The notes under the pieces were generated by a model. That model had not been told where the DNA came from. It saw only the letters and a list, made by a program, of their open reading frames with translations, and did not search any database. The position numbers were made by a program, and so were the translations under genes. From the NCBI RefSeq assembly GCF_004010195.1, contig NC_057720.1, forward strand, positions 27,901,473 to 27,965,472: a stretch of DNA of 64,000 nucleotides, read 5' to 3'. This document shows positions 13,401-25,489 of the stretch, piece after piece. This DNA is from Chiloscyllium plagiosum. Lineage: Eukaryota. The first letter of the stretch is position 1; the number at the start of each line of letters is the position of its first letter.

Positions 13401-14732
13401 AAGTCCTTGATACTGATCCAGCTCCCTCCAGAGCCAGCTCTAAGAATGGACAGGATGTCAGACACTCATTTTCTTATTTTTATTAACCAGCACAAATTAC
13501 AAACAAACTGTTAATATGAACAACTGTATACAAGAAACAGCAATTTACAGGGGAAAGGAGCGGCAAATCCAGATCCCAAACCCTATCGTTCAACCAGTTT
13601 TCAGGAAAATGAGGATAGACCTCAAATCCCATTTTCATTCAACACAAAATTAACAGTAACAAATACATACAAGACAGTCCAGTCAAATAAGAAACAGTAC
13701 ATAGAATGCAGACACCCTCGCGGCAACCTAGCAAACCACCCCCCTCCCACCTTCCAGCCACTCTAAGGCAGCCTGCCCCTACACACCTTCCAGCTCTCGG
13801 TCCACCTTATCCTCCTTCTGGTTCTCGGTCCACCTCATGCCCCTTCTGGATAACACTCCTGTTTTTCTTTTTTCCTGTTCTTTTATATTTATTAACCGGT
13901 ACAAATTACAAACAGTTAACATTAACAGCTGTATACAAGAAACAACAATTTATAGGGGAAAGGGGCAGCAAAGCCAGACCCCAAACCCTAAACACTCCTG
14001 TTCTTTTTTTCTGACACTCCTGTTATTATTTTTTCTTTTCTTAAAATTTTCCCCCACACTAACAGCGGTAGTGCTTATTTTTCACCAGCACCCATATATC
14101 ATTCCTGTTCCTTTTTTTTCAGAACCCCTAACACTCCTGTTTATTATTATTTTTTCTTTTTTTTCCTCACACTACTGCCTAACAGTGGTAATCACTCCTA
14201 TTCTTTTTGTTTTATGATACTAAATTCATTTTATTAAAACTTTTAATGTTTCCATTCATTTTAAATGTTCAGTTCAAAATTATTAGGTCAGCACAAAAAC
14301 CTACATCTTGAACTAGAGCTCCAATTTATAATCAAATATCTTAAGAGCATTTAAAATATCTTCATACCATACATGTAGGAGAATACAAAATATGTTCTGC
14401 ACTTTCACAAATGAACAGTGAGGCAGTAACGTTCAGGTAGGGCACCAATTATATTAGCAATTAAAGGGAAGTTCTTGGTCATAACTATTTTAGCATAAAT
14501 CATTCTTTACAATCAAATTGCACAACATCTTTAAAATAGGAAGGTCTTGCTACAAATATTCAGCAAACCATTTAACTCCTTGTGTTGGAATTATTAATAC
14601 ACTATTACTCCAGCATTTAATCACTCCTATTCTTATGTCAGCCAGGGCTCCCTGATTGTACCAGATTAACAACCTCAATCAGGAAACTCATTCTAAGAGG
14701 TCCACCTGGCTGACCTCATTACAATCACTACA
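10442..14732 (-). mobile_element. Degenerate Mag/K02A2.6-like Ty3/Gypsy element (5' LTR 13344-14732 interrupted; gag-PR-RT-RNase H), cut at 10442 by the Gmr1-like LTR
   Basis: LTR begins TGTAGTG (14732) and ends TATTTCA (13344), followed by TGGCTATGAG; gag start MLLFGKLDSF; protease MEVDTA; RT LESEGII..APVIPIVKP, YLDDV (about 11535-11552); RNase H DHKALLGLL..RLQWF.LLLSGYNY..DALSCLPL. Confidence 0.82.
13461..14634 (-). mobile_element. Stack of 5'-truncated poly(A)-tailed non-LTR insertions at a reiterated target motif (A/T)CACTCCT(G/A)TT within the Gypsy LTR
   Basis: Motif or variant at 13462, 13853, 13992, 14014, 14100, 14131, 14192, 14621; all but the last are followed by a T-rich tract; perfect 17-bp TSD TAATCACTCCTATTCTT at 14189-14205 and 14618-14634. 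Confidence 0.75.
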
Positions 14733-16121
14733 ATACCATCTGCCACTTTGTTGCTTGCTCACTCACTTATCTTGTCAGTGTCTATTTGTAGCATCTTCTT
14801 TCTTCCTCACTGCTTCTGTCACACCTAACTTTGTACTATCACCAATCTTGGGTACATTACATTTATCTCTTCATTTCAGTCATTAAAGTGACTAATGCGA
14901 CAATGACACAACAAACCCAGTTGACTCTTAAAGATTTTTCAGTAACATTTTGGAAATTCTGCTAAAATTGGGAGACTGTTTGCAGACCAGTTAAACAAAA
15001 ACTGACACTGACAAATGTTTACAACCAACTTCATCAAAGATTATCAGGTCAGTAAGCCATCTTGGCAAGTTGAGCAAGAAGCAGAAATTTTGACAGATTT
15101 CAGACTGGTTATGTTGAAATCATCAATATGTTTATGAAAGAGAAATAGATTTAAGTATTAATGAATGGCTGGAACAGTGAGGGTCTGAAAAGATTTCTGA
15201 GTCACTATACACAGATCACGATTTATTGGTTAAGCACAAATAAACAGTTTTTAAAAAAAAAATGCTGACAGAACATTACTGTGTTCAGTTTTGGGAATTG
15301 GACCTTTTGGATAAATTAGCTTTGAAAGCAAATCATCACAGAGGCACCAAAATTAGACCATGCCTCATTAGTTTAAACTATGAGGGAAAAATTACATGTA
15401 CTAAGTATGTATTTCCTCAAATATGGAAGGTTAGGAATACTTTAGGAACAAAGAACTGCATAGACCAGTTAACCCTTGTGCCTGTTCCATTGTGGTTGAT
15501 CTAAGACTTCTCAATCTCAGATTTAAAATGAACAGTGGACACTGCACTAATTGCTGTTTGCATTTAAAGCTCTAAACTGTTATCATCCTTTATATGTAGA
15601 TTCCTGAGATTTGGGGAACGTTTCATTATATTGGAAAATAGTAAGTGTGACTTCTTTATTAAAAAGTGAAGGAGAACACAATTTCCAATTCTTGGTTAAC
15701 TTAGCAAAGTCTTTTCATGTTTTTCTCCCACCTTTTTGAAGTTTAGCATCAGTCATTGGGCAAATGTTAAAAAATATTATTAAAAATGTTCTCTGAGGTC
15801 ACATAGAAAAATTTCAGGCAGAGTCAACATAGTTTTGTGACAAAGCCATCGTGTGTAACCAATTTATTAGAGCTCTCAGAAGAAGTAACATGCTGCAGAT
15901 AACGGGGAACTGGTGGATGTATTTATATTTCTAGACAGCGTTTTATAAAAGTACCACATCAAAGTCAAGTGGTGAAACCAAAAGCTTATGTTTTTGCAAG
16001 TAACACAATGGCATAAATGGGTCTTTTCTGGTTGGCAAAATGTTACCACTGGTATGTCACAAGCATCCGTACTTGGGCCTCAACTTCTTACAATTTATAT
16101 AAATGAACCAGATAAAGGGTA

Positions 16122-16333
16122 GAGTCAAAACGTGTGGTGCTGGAAAAGCCCAGTCGGTTGGGCAGCATCTGAGGAGCAGGAGAGTCCATGTTTTGAGCTT
16201 AAGCTACTCCTAATTATTATGCTCAAAATGTCGACTCTCCTGCTCCTCTGATGTTGGCAAACTGGCTGTGCTTTTCTCGCACCACACTTTTTTTGATTCT
16301 GATCTCCAACATCTACAGTCCTCACCTTCTCAG
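16122..16333. mobile_element. Older PLE-derived inverted-repeat (hairpin) mini-element
   Basis: Two diverged PLE terminal arms in opposite orientation; degenerate TSD AGATAAAGGGTA (16110-16121) / AGATGAAGGGTA (16334-16345). Confidence 0.75.
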
Positions 16334-16653
16334 AGATGAAGGGTACAGGCTAGGTCGGGAATTAAGTTTTGAAGAGGAATAAGCAGGCTAATGAAGGCAT
16401 ATCAATAGGTTAAGTGACTGGAGTAGGAAAAATTGAAACATTCCATTTTGTTAGGTAGAATAAAAAAAATCTCAAAGGTCTCTGAGCTGCATAGGGACCT
16501 GGGTATCCTCATGCATGAATTGCAAAAGGTTAATATGCAGGTAAAACAAATAATGGGGAATGCTAAGAGAACGTCATTGTTTTTTGCGCAGGAAATTGAA
16601 TGCAAAAGTAATGAGTTTGCACTTCAATTATTGGTGAGTCCACATTTGGAGTA

Positions 16654-16926
16654 GATTAGATTACTAGATTACTTAGTGTGGAAACAGGCCCTTCGGCCCA
16701 ACAAGTCCACACCGACCTGCCAAAGCGCAACCCACCCAGACCCATTCCCCTACATTTACCCCTTCACCTAACACTACGGGCAATTTAGCATGGCCAATTC
16801 ACCTATGTGGGAGAAAACCCACACAGACACAGGGAGAATGTGCAAATTCCACACAGTCGCCTGAGGCGGGAATTGAACCCACATCTCTGGTGCTGTGAGG
16901 CAGCAGGGCTACCCACTGTGCCACCG
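16654..16926 (-). mobile_element. HE1-like tRNA-derived V-SINE
   Basis: Reverse strand GGTGGCACAGTGG (A box), GGTTCAATTCC (B box), V-domain-like core, (CTAAT)n-like tail; splits a CR1 at GAGTA/GAATA. Confidence 0.85.
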
Positions 16927-17514
16927 AATACTGTGTACAGTATTCATCTTATTTAAGGAAAGATGTAAATACAATTGCAGTTCAGAGGTTTAATAAGTTA
17001 ATACCTGCAATGGGTGAATTGTCTTAGGAGGAAAGGTTGAATTGACTAAGCTTGTATCTATGGAGTTTAGAACAGTTAGAGATAATTTATGTGGAAAAGA
17101 TATTTCATCTTGAGAAGCATCTTGAAATAGGAATCACATTTCAGAAGTAAGGAGTTGCCCATTTTAAACGGAGCTGAAGAAAATTATTTTCTCTGGGACA
17201 GTCCTTAATCCTTGGAGCGCTCTCCCTCAAAAGCTGGTGAAAACAGAGTATTTGAATATTTTTAAGGCAGAGGTAGATATATTCTTGATAAGCAAGGGAG
17301 TGAAAGATTATTGGATGGTAGGTGGGAATATGGAGAATCAGATCAACCAGTCTTATTTAATGGCAGAACTGCCTCTAGGGGAGGAAAACCTAATCCTTAT
17401 GTTGATATGTTTCCTAACTTCATTCCTGAAAGGCCTGATCTATTGTTGTTGTTGAGCCCTCAGTCACAAATTCCTCAAATAGTAGAAATAGATATTTTCA
17501 ATGTAACTCTTTAG

Positions 17515-17870
17515 AAAAGAATAGAATCCCTACAGTGTGGAAATAGGCTTTTTGGCTCAACAAGTCTACACTGACCCTCCAAGCAGTAACCCACCCAGAC
17601 CCATTCCCCTACTCTATTATCCTACATTTACCCCTGACTAATGCACCTAACCTACACATCCCTGAACACTGGGCAATTTAGCATGGCCAATTTACCTAAC
17701 CTGCACATCTTTAGATTGTGTAAGGAAACTGGAGCTCCCAGAGGAAACCCACACAGACACAGGGAGAGTGTGCAAACTCCACACAGACAGTTGCCTAAGG
17801 TTGGAATCGAACCCGGGTCCCTGGTGCTGTGAGACAGCAGTGCTAACAACCTGAGCCAATGTGCTGCCCA
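17515..17870 (-). mobile_element. HE1-like tRNA-derived V-SINE
   Basis: Reverse strand TGGCTCAG..GTTAGCACTGCTG..CCCGGGTTCGATTCC and TGTCTGTGTGGAGTTTGCACA core. Confidence 0.85.
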
Positions 17871-19354
17871 ATGTATTGCCCATTATATCAATTTCAATCA
17901 AATTATTCTTTAGTCTTCTAAATTCCAGGGAATACTGTCCTAGTTTTTGTAATCTTTCTTTATAACTTAACATTTTAGTCTTTTTGAGACACACATATCC
18001 CCCGTAATGTATGGTGCCTAAAACTGAACATAGTGCTTTCTAACCAGGGCTTTGTATAGCTGTTATACGATTTCTAGCCACTCTACTGTAGTGTTATAGA
18101 TAGAACACACAATTCCAATGCTTTTTGATTACTTTTGCAGCTATAAATTATATTTGTATATGATTGGTTGTTGATTGCACTTATCTGTTATGTATTAAAG
18201 GCAAATTTACAAGCTACATGCGATGTAATTTCTCTTGCCACTGCAAAGACCTCCAAGGCTCATGCGTGGCAACAACCTTTGGAACTTAAAGTCCATGCAT
18301 GAGCAGCTGTGTTACTGCATGGTCTAAAGGGAATGTTGTTAATTCAGAGACAATGAAGGGTCTTGCAGTGCAGTGATGGTGACCCTACCTCTAGGCCACA
18401 CCATTTGGTTACATCTCCCACCTCCAGTCATGATGGCCATGCAGGTTTGTCATATCACTAACAAGCAAGTTTTTAACATGTAGAAAGATGGTAGAAAAGG
18501 GCTGTGCAATTGGACAATATGTAATAAGTGTTTCTGCTTATAAAATCTAATAAGTGAACACTTCATGTCAGTGCTCTGTCTTTCACTGTCTGGCTATCTG
18601 ACTTTCATCACATGATATTTTAGTGAACTACTAGTAAACTGGTAAATCTCTTCAGACCTTCACTGCTTCACAACTTAATAGAATTCTTTGAGGAAGTGAC
18701 AAAGTTGATTGACGAGGGAAGGGCTGTAGATGTAATATACATGGACTTCAGTAAGGCATTTGATAAGGTAAGCTGATGGAGAAAGTGAGGTTGCACGAAG
18801 TCAAATGTGTACTAGCTAGATGGATGAAGAACTGGCTGGGCAACAGGAGACCGAGCGTAGTAGTAGAAGGGAAGTTTCTCAAAGTGGAGAACTATGACCA
18901 GTGGTGTTCCACAGGGATCCATGCCAAGACCACTGTTGTTTGTGATACACATAAATGGAGGAAGGTAAAGGTGGTCTAATTAGCAAGTTTGCAGATGGCG
19001 CTAAGACTGGTGGAGTAGCAGACAGTGAAGGGTTCTAGCAGAGAGAATGCACCAGAATATAGATAGATTGGAGAGTTGGGCAGAGAAATGGCAGATGAGT
19101 TCAATCTGGGCAAATGCGAGGTGCTGCATTTTGGAAGATCTAATTCAAGAGCGAACAATACAGTAAATGGAAAATTCCTGGGGAAAATTGATGTACAATG
19201 AGTTCTGGGTGTTCAGGTCTATTGTTTCCTGTAGGTGGCAACACAGGTTAATAAAGTGGTCAAAAAGACATACGGCATGCTTTCCTTCATCGGATGGGGT
19301 ATTGAGTACAAGAGTTGGCAGGTCATGTTACAGTTGTATAAGACTTTGGTTCAG

Positions 19355-19587
19355 AGCTGAAAATGTGTTGCTGGAAAAGCGCAGCAGGTCAGGCAGCATC
19401 CAGGGAACAGGAGAATCGACGTTTCGGGCATAAGCCCTTCTTCAGGAATGCTATGATGCCCTGAAGAAGGGTTTATGCCCAAAACGTCGATTCTCCTGTT
19501 CCCTGGATGCTGCCTGACCTGCTGCGCTTTTCCAGCAACACATTTTCAGCTCTGATCTCCAGCATCTGCAGTCCTCACTTTCTCCTC
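19355..19587. mobile_element. PLE-derived inverted-repeat (hairpin) mini-element inserted in CR1
   Basis: Arms 19351-19446 and 19460-19555 are reverse complements; TSD TAAGACTTTGGTTCAG at 19339-19354 and 19588-19603. Confidence 0.9.
19416..19448 (-). ncRNA. Minimal hammerhead-ribozyme-like motif in PLE terminal repeat
   Basis: Minus strand reads UUC-CUGAAGA-A-GGGC(UUAU)GCCC-GAAA-CG-UC-GA. Confidence 0.6.
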
Positions 19588-20183
19588 TAAGACTTTGGTT
19601 CAGCCACATTTGGAATATTGTGTACAGTTCTGGTCACCACACCACAAAAGGATGTGGATGCTTTGGAGAAGGTGCAGTGGAAGTTCACCAGGATGTTGCC
19701 TGGTATGGAGGGCACTAGCTATAAAGAGAGGGGATAACTGTCATTTGGGTTATTTTCATTAGAAAGATGGAGGTTAAAGGGGGACCTGATTGAGGTCTAC
19801 ATAATCATGAAAGGTATGGACAGGATGGATAGCAAGAATCTTTTTCCCAGAGCAAGAGACTCAATGACAAAAGCTCATGAATTCAAGGTGAGAGGGGAAA
19901 AATTTAAGGGAGTTATGCATGGTAAGTTCTTTATGCAGAGGGTGGAGGGTGCCTGGAATACATTGCCAGCGGAGGTAGTAGAGGCGGGCATCATAGCATA
20001 ATTTAAGATGTATCTAAACAGATACATGAATGGGCAGGGAGCAGAGGGATACCGACCCTTAGAAAATAGGTGACAGGAATAGATAGAGGAGCTGGATTGG
20101 CGCAGGCTTGGAGGGCCGAAGGGCCTGTTCCTGTGCTGTAATTTTCTTTGTTCCTTGTTCTAATGTTTAACCATTTCAGAAGT

Positions 20184-20825
20184 TGTTATGGATCAAACTA
20201 TTTTTCAAAATATCCCTTTCAAAATATTAAGAAGATAGCCTAGACCTTTTTTTACTTTAAAGGCAAATACCAAGCTTTGTATTCTGAATGCAATTTGAGT
20301 GGCCAAACTACCAGTCTTGAAGCAAAACACAATATTCATACATTATAGTTAAAAGACAACAAAAGAAAGAAGAAATTGAAATAATGTAACTCCATTGGAA
20401 CACTTTAACAGGATAATAGATTATTTAACCACTAAACAGTAACTGTTCCAAATAGTAACATTTCATAGTCACACCGTTGGCAAAGGCAAATTTAGTAAAA
20501 TAGATTGTCTCATATGGAATTCTATCAACAGGAAGAGAACCCCAGCTTCTAGCTGTAACACAGAGGGGGAGAAACTGCTTCCATATCCAGCTTCAAGACC
20601 CCAGCAGCAACTGCTACTAAAAAACTAAAACTAAAAATCCTGCTTCTGTGGGAGCTTGACCCCACCCATTCAGGTTGCTTCTATTGTTCCAACTTAAAAA
20701 AATAACCAAGGTTTCACTAGCTGTTTATTGGCTTTGGAGCAGACTGCTCAGCACTTCTGTGTCAGCCTCTTTACAGAAGAAAAAAAACCAACAAAATACA
20801 CTTCTTAAAGCCATATTATTGTCCA
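20184..20825. mobile_element. Solo LTR (Gypsy-type)
   Basis: TGTTATG...GTCCA termini with 4-bp TSD AAGT (20180-20183, 20826-20829); start resembles the LTR ends at 9792 and 44493. Confidence 0.75.
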
Positions 20826-20849
20826 AAGTACTCTGGCCTATATTTCTTT

Positions 20850-22050
20850 TAAGTCCAATGATGAATGCTTTACATCTATCTACATTAAATCTATTTCCCA
20901 ATTTTGTCTATTTACTTAATCTTTTTGTATCTCTTTTGTAATTTAATGCTTCCATTTACAATGGATATAATAATATGCACCAATATGTCAAACCTAGTCC
21001 TCTCCTCTTAGCTAAATCATTAATAAATACAAAAGAATAAATAAAGTCCCAGTATAGAAACCTGTAGAATGCCACTAGTCAGATTTCTGACCATAAGATA
21101 CAGGAACAGAATTAGGCATTCGGCTAATTGAGTCTGCTCTGCTATTCGATCATGGCTGATATGTTTCTCAACCTTATTCTCCTTCAATTATTTGTGTCCA
21201 TTATTCCTACTTTCTGTGAACTGCCAGTTGGCTGATTGTTAAACAGGTCAATAATTTCTGCTCAATTTTGAGATTCCATTTTACTTGTCTCTTCTGAGAC
21301 ATTTTATGAAATGCCTTCAGCCTATATAATTGGTAACTGTAGATATTCCCCTATTAGTTTAGTTAGCTCCTCAAAAAAAATGAAATAAATCAGACTTGTC
21401 AGGCATGACCAACCAAATCCATGCTGACTACTCACCACCTGAAAGTTTTCAAGGTGTTCAGTCACTCTAGCCTTAATCATGGAAGTTAGCAATTTTCTAC
21501 AGTCCTCTAGAAATTCACTCAGGCTCAGCTGTCTATGCCTGAAGGCTTTGGTCAGACTACATTTGAAAAATTGTGAACAGTTTTGAGCCCCATATCTGAG
21601 TAAGAACATGCTGACATTGGATGAGGTCCAGAGGAGGTTTACAACAATAATTCTGGGGATGAAGGACTTGTCATATGAGGAGTGGTTGAGGACTGTGGGT
21701 TTGTACTCGAGGGAATGCAGATGGATGGGGTGCATATGATTGAAATTTACAGAATACTGAGGGGCCTATATGGAGTAGATGTGGAAAAGACATTTCCATC
21801 GGGAGGAGAGAATAGGATCCGGAGACACAGCCTCAGAGTGAATAGATGACCTTGTATATCTGAGATGAGGAGTAATTTCTTCAACCAGAGGATGGTTATT
21901 CTGAGGAACTTATTGCTTCAGAGGGCTTTCGATGTCAAGTCATTGACTGTAATTAAGAGAGAGATAAATAGGCTCTTCTTTGGTAAGGGGAACAAAGATT
22001 ATGAGAAGGCAAGAGAATGGGGTTGTGAAATATGTCAGCCATTGCAATAT
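20850..22050. mobile_element. Old CR1-like fragments in both orientations (minus about 20850-21520, plus about 21525-22050)
   Basis: SQHGF..SCLTSL on minus; LVRLHLKNCEQF..QRRFT..GMKDLSYEE on plus. Confidence 0.65.
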
Positions 22051-22954
22051 CACATTAGCCAACCTTCAGTCTTCTGGCACTTCACCAATGGCTGTCAATG
22101 ATACAGATATCACAGCAAGGGGCTCACAATCTCTTCCTTAGCTTCCCATAAAGTTTTGGGAAACAGCTAATCACGTTCTGGTAATTTATTTAGCTTTGTG
22201 TTTTAGGACCTCCAGCACCCCCTCTTCACTAATGTGGACTCTTTTTAGGACATCACTATTTATTTTCTCAAGTTTCCTAGTTTCTATGTCCTTCACAGTA
22301 AATACTGACATGAAATCACACACCTCCTGTGGGTTCCACACATAGATGGCCACATTGATCTTTAAGGGGCCCTATACTCTCCCTCGTTACTCTTTTACCT
22401 TTACTAGACTTATAGAATCTTTTTGATTCTTCTTCTCCCTGTTTGCCAAAGCTATCTCATTTTCCCTTTTTGGCCTCCTGATTTCTCTATGTATACTTCT
22501 ATTGCCCTTATAGTCCTCGATCTCAGCTGTCTATACCTGATATATGCCTCCTTCTTTTCCAGAATCTCAATTTCTCTAGTCATCCAACACCCCCTACACC
22601 TACCAGCCTTGTGCTTCACACTAAGAGGTATATACGATCTCTGAACTCTTATTATGTCATTTTTAAAGGTCTTTTATTTCCCAACCTTCCCTTTACCTGT
22701 GATTAGCCTCCCCCAATCAACTTTTGAAAATTCCTGTCTAATGCTGTCAAAATTGGCATCACTCCAATTTAGAAGTTTAACTTTTTGATCAGTTCTATCC
22801 TTTTCCATAACTATTTTAAAACTAATAGAACTGTGATTACTTGCCCCAAAATCTCCCTAATGACACTTCAATCACGTGCCCTGCCTTATTTTCACAATAC
22901 GAGGTCAGTTATTGTTCCTTCTGTACTAGGTACATCCACATATTGAATCTTGGA

Positions 22955-23266
22955 ATCATCACAGAATCCCTACAGTGTGGGAGCAGGCCACTTAGCCCAT
23001 TAAATCCACACTGACCCTTCGAAGAGCATTCTACCCAGACCTACTGCCCTATGTCTGTAACTCTGCATTTCCCATGGCAAATCCACTTAGCCTACACATC
23101 CTTGGACACTGTGGGCAATCCACCGAAACTGCACATCTTTGGACTGTGGGAGGAAACCAGAGCAAACAAGGGGAGAATATGCAAATAGTTGCCTGAGACT
23201 GGAATCTAACCCACAACCCTGGCACTGTGATGCAGCAGTGCTAACCACTGAGCCACCGTGCTACCC
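22955..23266 (-). mobile_element. HE1-like tRNA-derived V-SINE
   Basis: Reverse strand GGTGGCTCAGTGGTTAGCACTGCTG head; same body as the copies at 17515 and 29455. Confidence 0.82.
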
Positions 23267-23423
23267 AAAGAAAGTTTGAATGAGAACATTTTCATGTATA
23301 TGCATAACAAATTCCTCCCCATCCAAGCCAATAACACTAGGACACTTCTAGTCAATTTTTGGAAAATTAAAATCTCCTACCATTACTCTTACAGATACTT
23401 GAGATCACCTTACATATTTGCTT

Positions 23424-23611
23424 GGAGGAGAAAGTGAGGGCTGCAGATGCTGGAGATCAGAGCTGAAAATGTGTTGCTGGAAAAGCGCAGCATCCAAGGA
23501 ACAGGAGAATCGACGTTTCGGGCATGCCCGACGCTTATGCCCGAAACGTCGATTCTCCTGTTCCTTGGATGCTGCCTGACCTGCTGCGCTTTTCCAGCAA
23601 CACATTTTCAG
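23424..23611. mobile_element. PLE-derived inverted-repeat (hairpin) mini-element
   Basis: Opposed arms meeting at about 23526-23532; perfect 15-bp TSD CTTACATATTTGCTT at 23409-23423 and 23612-23626. Confidence 0.9.
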
Positions 23612-23870
23612 CTTACATATTTGCTTCTCAATTTCCTGCTGACTATTGGGGAACGCCTATAATACAGCGCAAACAAGGTGATCATCCCTTTCTTATTTCT
23701 CAGTCTCACCCATATTTCTTCATTGGAGGACCTCCCAGGAATATCCTACTAAAACTGCCATTCCTCCTGTCTTGCCTCCCTTTCTATCCTTCCTAAAACA
23801 TCTACAGCTCAGAACATTAAGCTAGTAGTCCTGTCCATTCCTGAGCCAAATTTCTGTAATAGTTATGATA

Positions 23871-25430
23871 TAGAACATAGAAGAATACAGCGCAGTACAG
23901 GCCCTTTGGCCCTCGATGTTGCGCCGATCCAAGCCCACCGAACCTATACTAACCAACTATCCTCCATATACCTATCCAATGCCCGCTTAAATGCCCATAA
24001 AGAGGGAGAGTCCACCACTGCTACTGGCAGGGCATTCCATGAACTTACGACTCGCTGAGTGAAGAACCTACCCCTAACTTCAGTCCTATATCTACCCCCC
24101 CTTAATTTAAAGCTATGCCCCCTTGTAATACCCGACTCAATACGCGGGAAAAGGTTCATACTGTCGACCCTATCTAACCCCCTAATCATCTTGTACACCT
24201 CAATCAAGACACCCCTAAACCTTCTTTTCTCTAATGAAAACAGCCCCAAGTGTCTCAGTCTTTCCTCATACGATCTTCCTTCCATACCAGGCAACATCCT
24301 GGTAAACCTCCTCTGCACCCGTTCCAATGCCTCCACATCCTTCCTATAGTATGGCGACCAAAACTGCACACAATATTCCAGATGCGGCCGCACCAAAGTC
24401 TTATACAACTGCATCATTATTTACCAACTCTTGTACTCAATACCCCGTTCAATGAAGGAAAACTTNNNNNNNNNNNNNNNNNNNNNNNNNNNNNNNNNNN
24501 NNNNNNNNNNNNNNNNNNNNNNNNNNNNNNNNNNNNNNNNNNNNNNNNNNNNNNNNNNNNNNNNNNNNNNNNNNNNNNNNNNNNNNNNNNNNNNNNNNNN
24601 NNNNNNNNNNNNNNNNNNNNNNNNNNNNNNNNNNNNNNNNNNNNNNNNNNNNNNNNNNNNNNNNNNNNNNNNNNNNNNNNNNNNNNNNNNNNNNNNNNNN
24701 NNNNNNNNNNNNNNNNNNNNNNNNNNNNNNNNNNNNNNNNNNNNNNNNNNNNNNNNNNNNNNNNNNNNNNNNNNNNNNNNNNNNNNNNNNNNNNNNNNNN
24801 NNNNNNNNNNNNNNNNNNNNNNNNNNNNNNNNNNNNNNNNNNNNNNNNNNNNNNNNNNNNNNNNNNNNNNNNNNNNNNNNNNNNNNNNNNNNNNNNNNNN
24901 NNNNNNNNNNNNNNNNNNNNNNNNNNNNNNNNNNNNNNNNNNNNNNNNNNNNNNNNNNNNNNNNNNNNNNNNNNNNNNNNNNNNNNNNNNNNNNNNNNNN
25001 TTGAACAAGGGAACCTCATTTGCTATCCTCCAGTCTTCTGGCACTACTCCTGTCGACAAAGAGGACATAAAAATCAAGGCCAATGGCTCTGCAATCTCCT
25101 TCCTTGCTTCCCAGAGGATCCTAGGATAAATGCCATCAGGCCCAGGGGACTTATCTATTTTCACCTTTTCCAGGATTTCCAACACCTCTTCTCTACATAC
25201 CTCAAAGCCTTCCATTCTACTTATTTGTGACTCAGTATTCGCATCAACGACAATGCCCTGTTCCTGAGTAAATACTGAAGAAAAGTATTCATTCAGTGTC
25301 TCCCCAATCTCTTCCGCCTCCACACGCAACTTCCCACTACTATCCTTGACTGGACCTATTCCTACCCTAGTCATTCTTTTATTCCTAACATACCTATAGA
25401 AAGCCTTAGGGTTTTCCCTAATCCTATCCA
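23871..25430 (-). mobile_element. Relatively young 5'-truncated CR1-like LINE (ORF2 RT region), spanning a gap
   Basis: Open frames KSPGPDGIYPRILWEAR..PEDWRIAN and LVRPHLEYCVQFWSPYYRKDVEALERVQRRFTRMLPG; same subfamily as 36130-38876. Confidence 0.92.
24466..25000. other. Assembly gap (N run)
   Basis: Run of N. Confidence 1.
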
Positions 25431-25489
25431 AGGCCCTTGTTTCCAACCATGGCCTAAGTTAATCTGTTTACCTGTCAGGCCTCTTGCAC

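Larger units (their letters stand above)
15700..17420 (+). mobile_element. Old CR1-like LINE RT/3' region, interrupted by a PLE hairpin and a SINE
   Basis: Decayed SQHSFV..KSC.TNLL, SVLGPQL.TIYINE and PHLEYC motifs. Confidence 0.7.
18665..20160 (+). mobile_element. CR1-like LINE RT C-terminal half and 3' UTR
   Basis: LTNLIEFFEEVTK..DVIYMDFSKAFDK, KFADG, PHLEYCVQFWSP, RGDLIEVY; tail TTCTTTGTTCCTTGTTC. Confidence 0.88.

Noticed and set aside
13853..14634. CRISPR-like repeat/spacer appearance
   Set aside because: Vertebrate context, repeat of only about 11 bp, spacers of 10-410 bp with poly(T) tracts and no cas genes; better explained as TSDs.
24250..25446. Long ORFs of 200-400 aa in the track here and at 6170-7180 and 46698-48138
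   Set aside because: Lengths are artefacts of reading through N gaps, or antisense frames of CR1/PLE.
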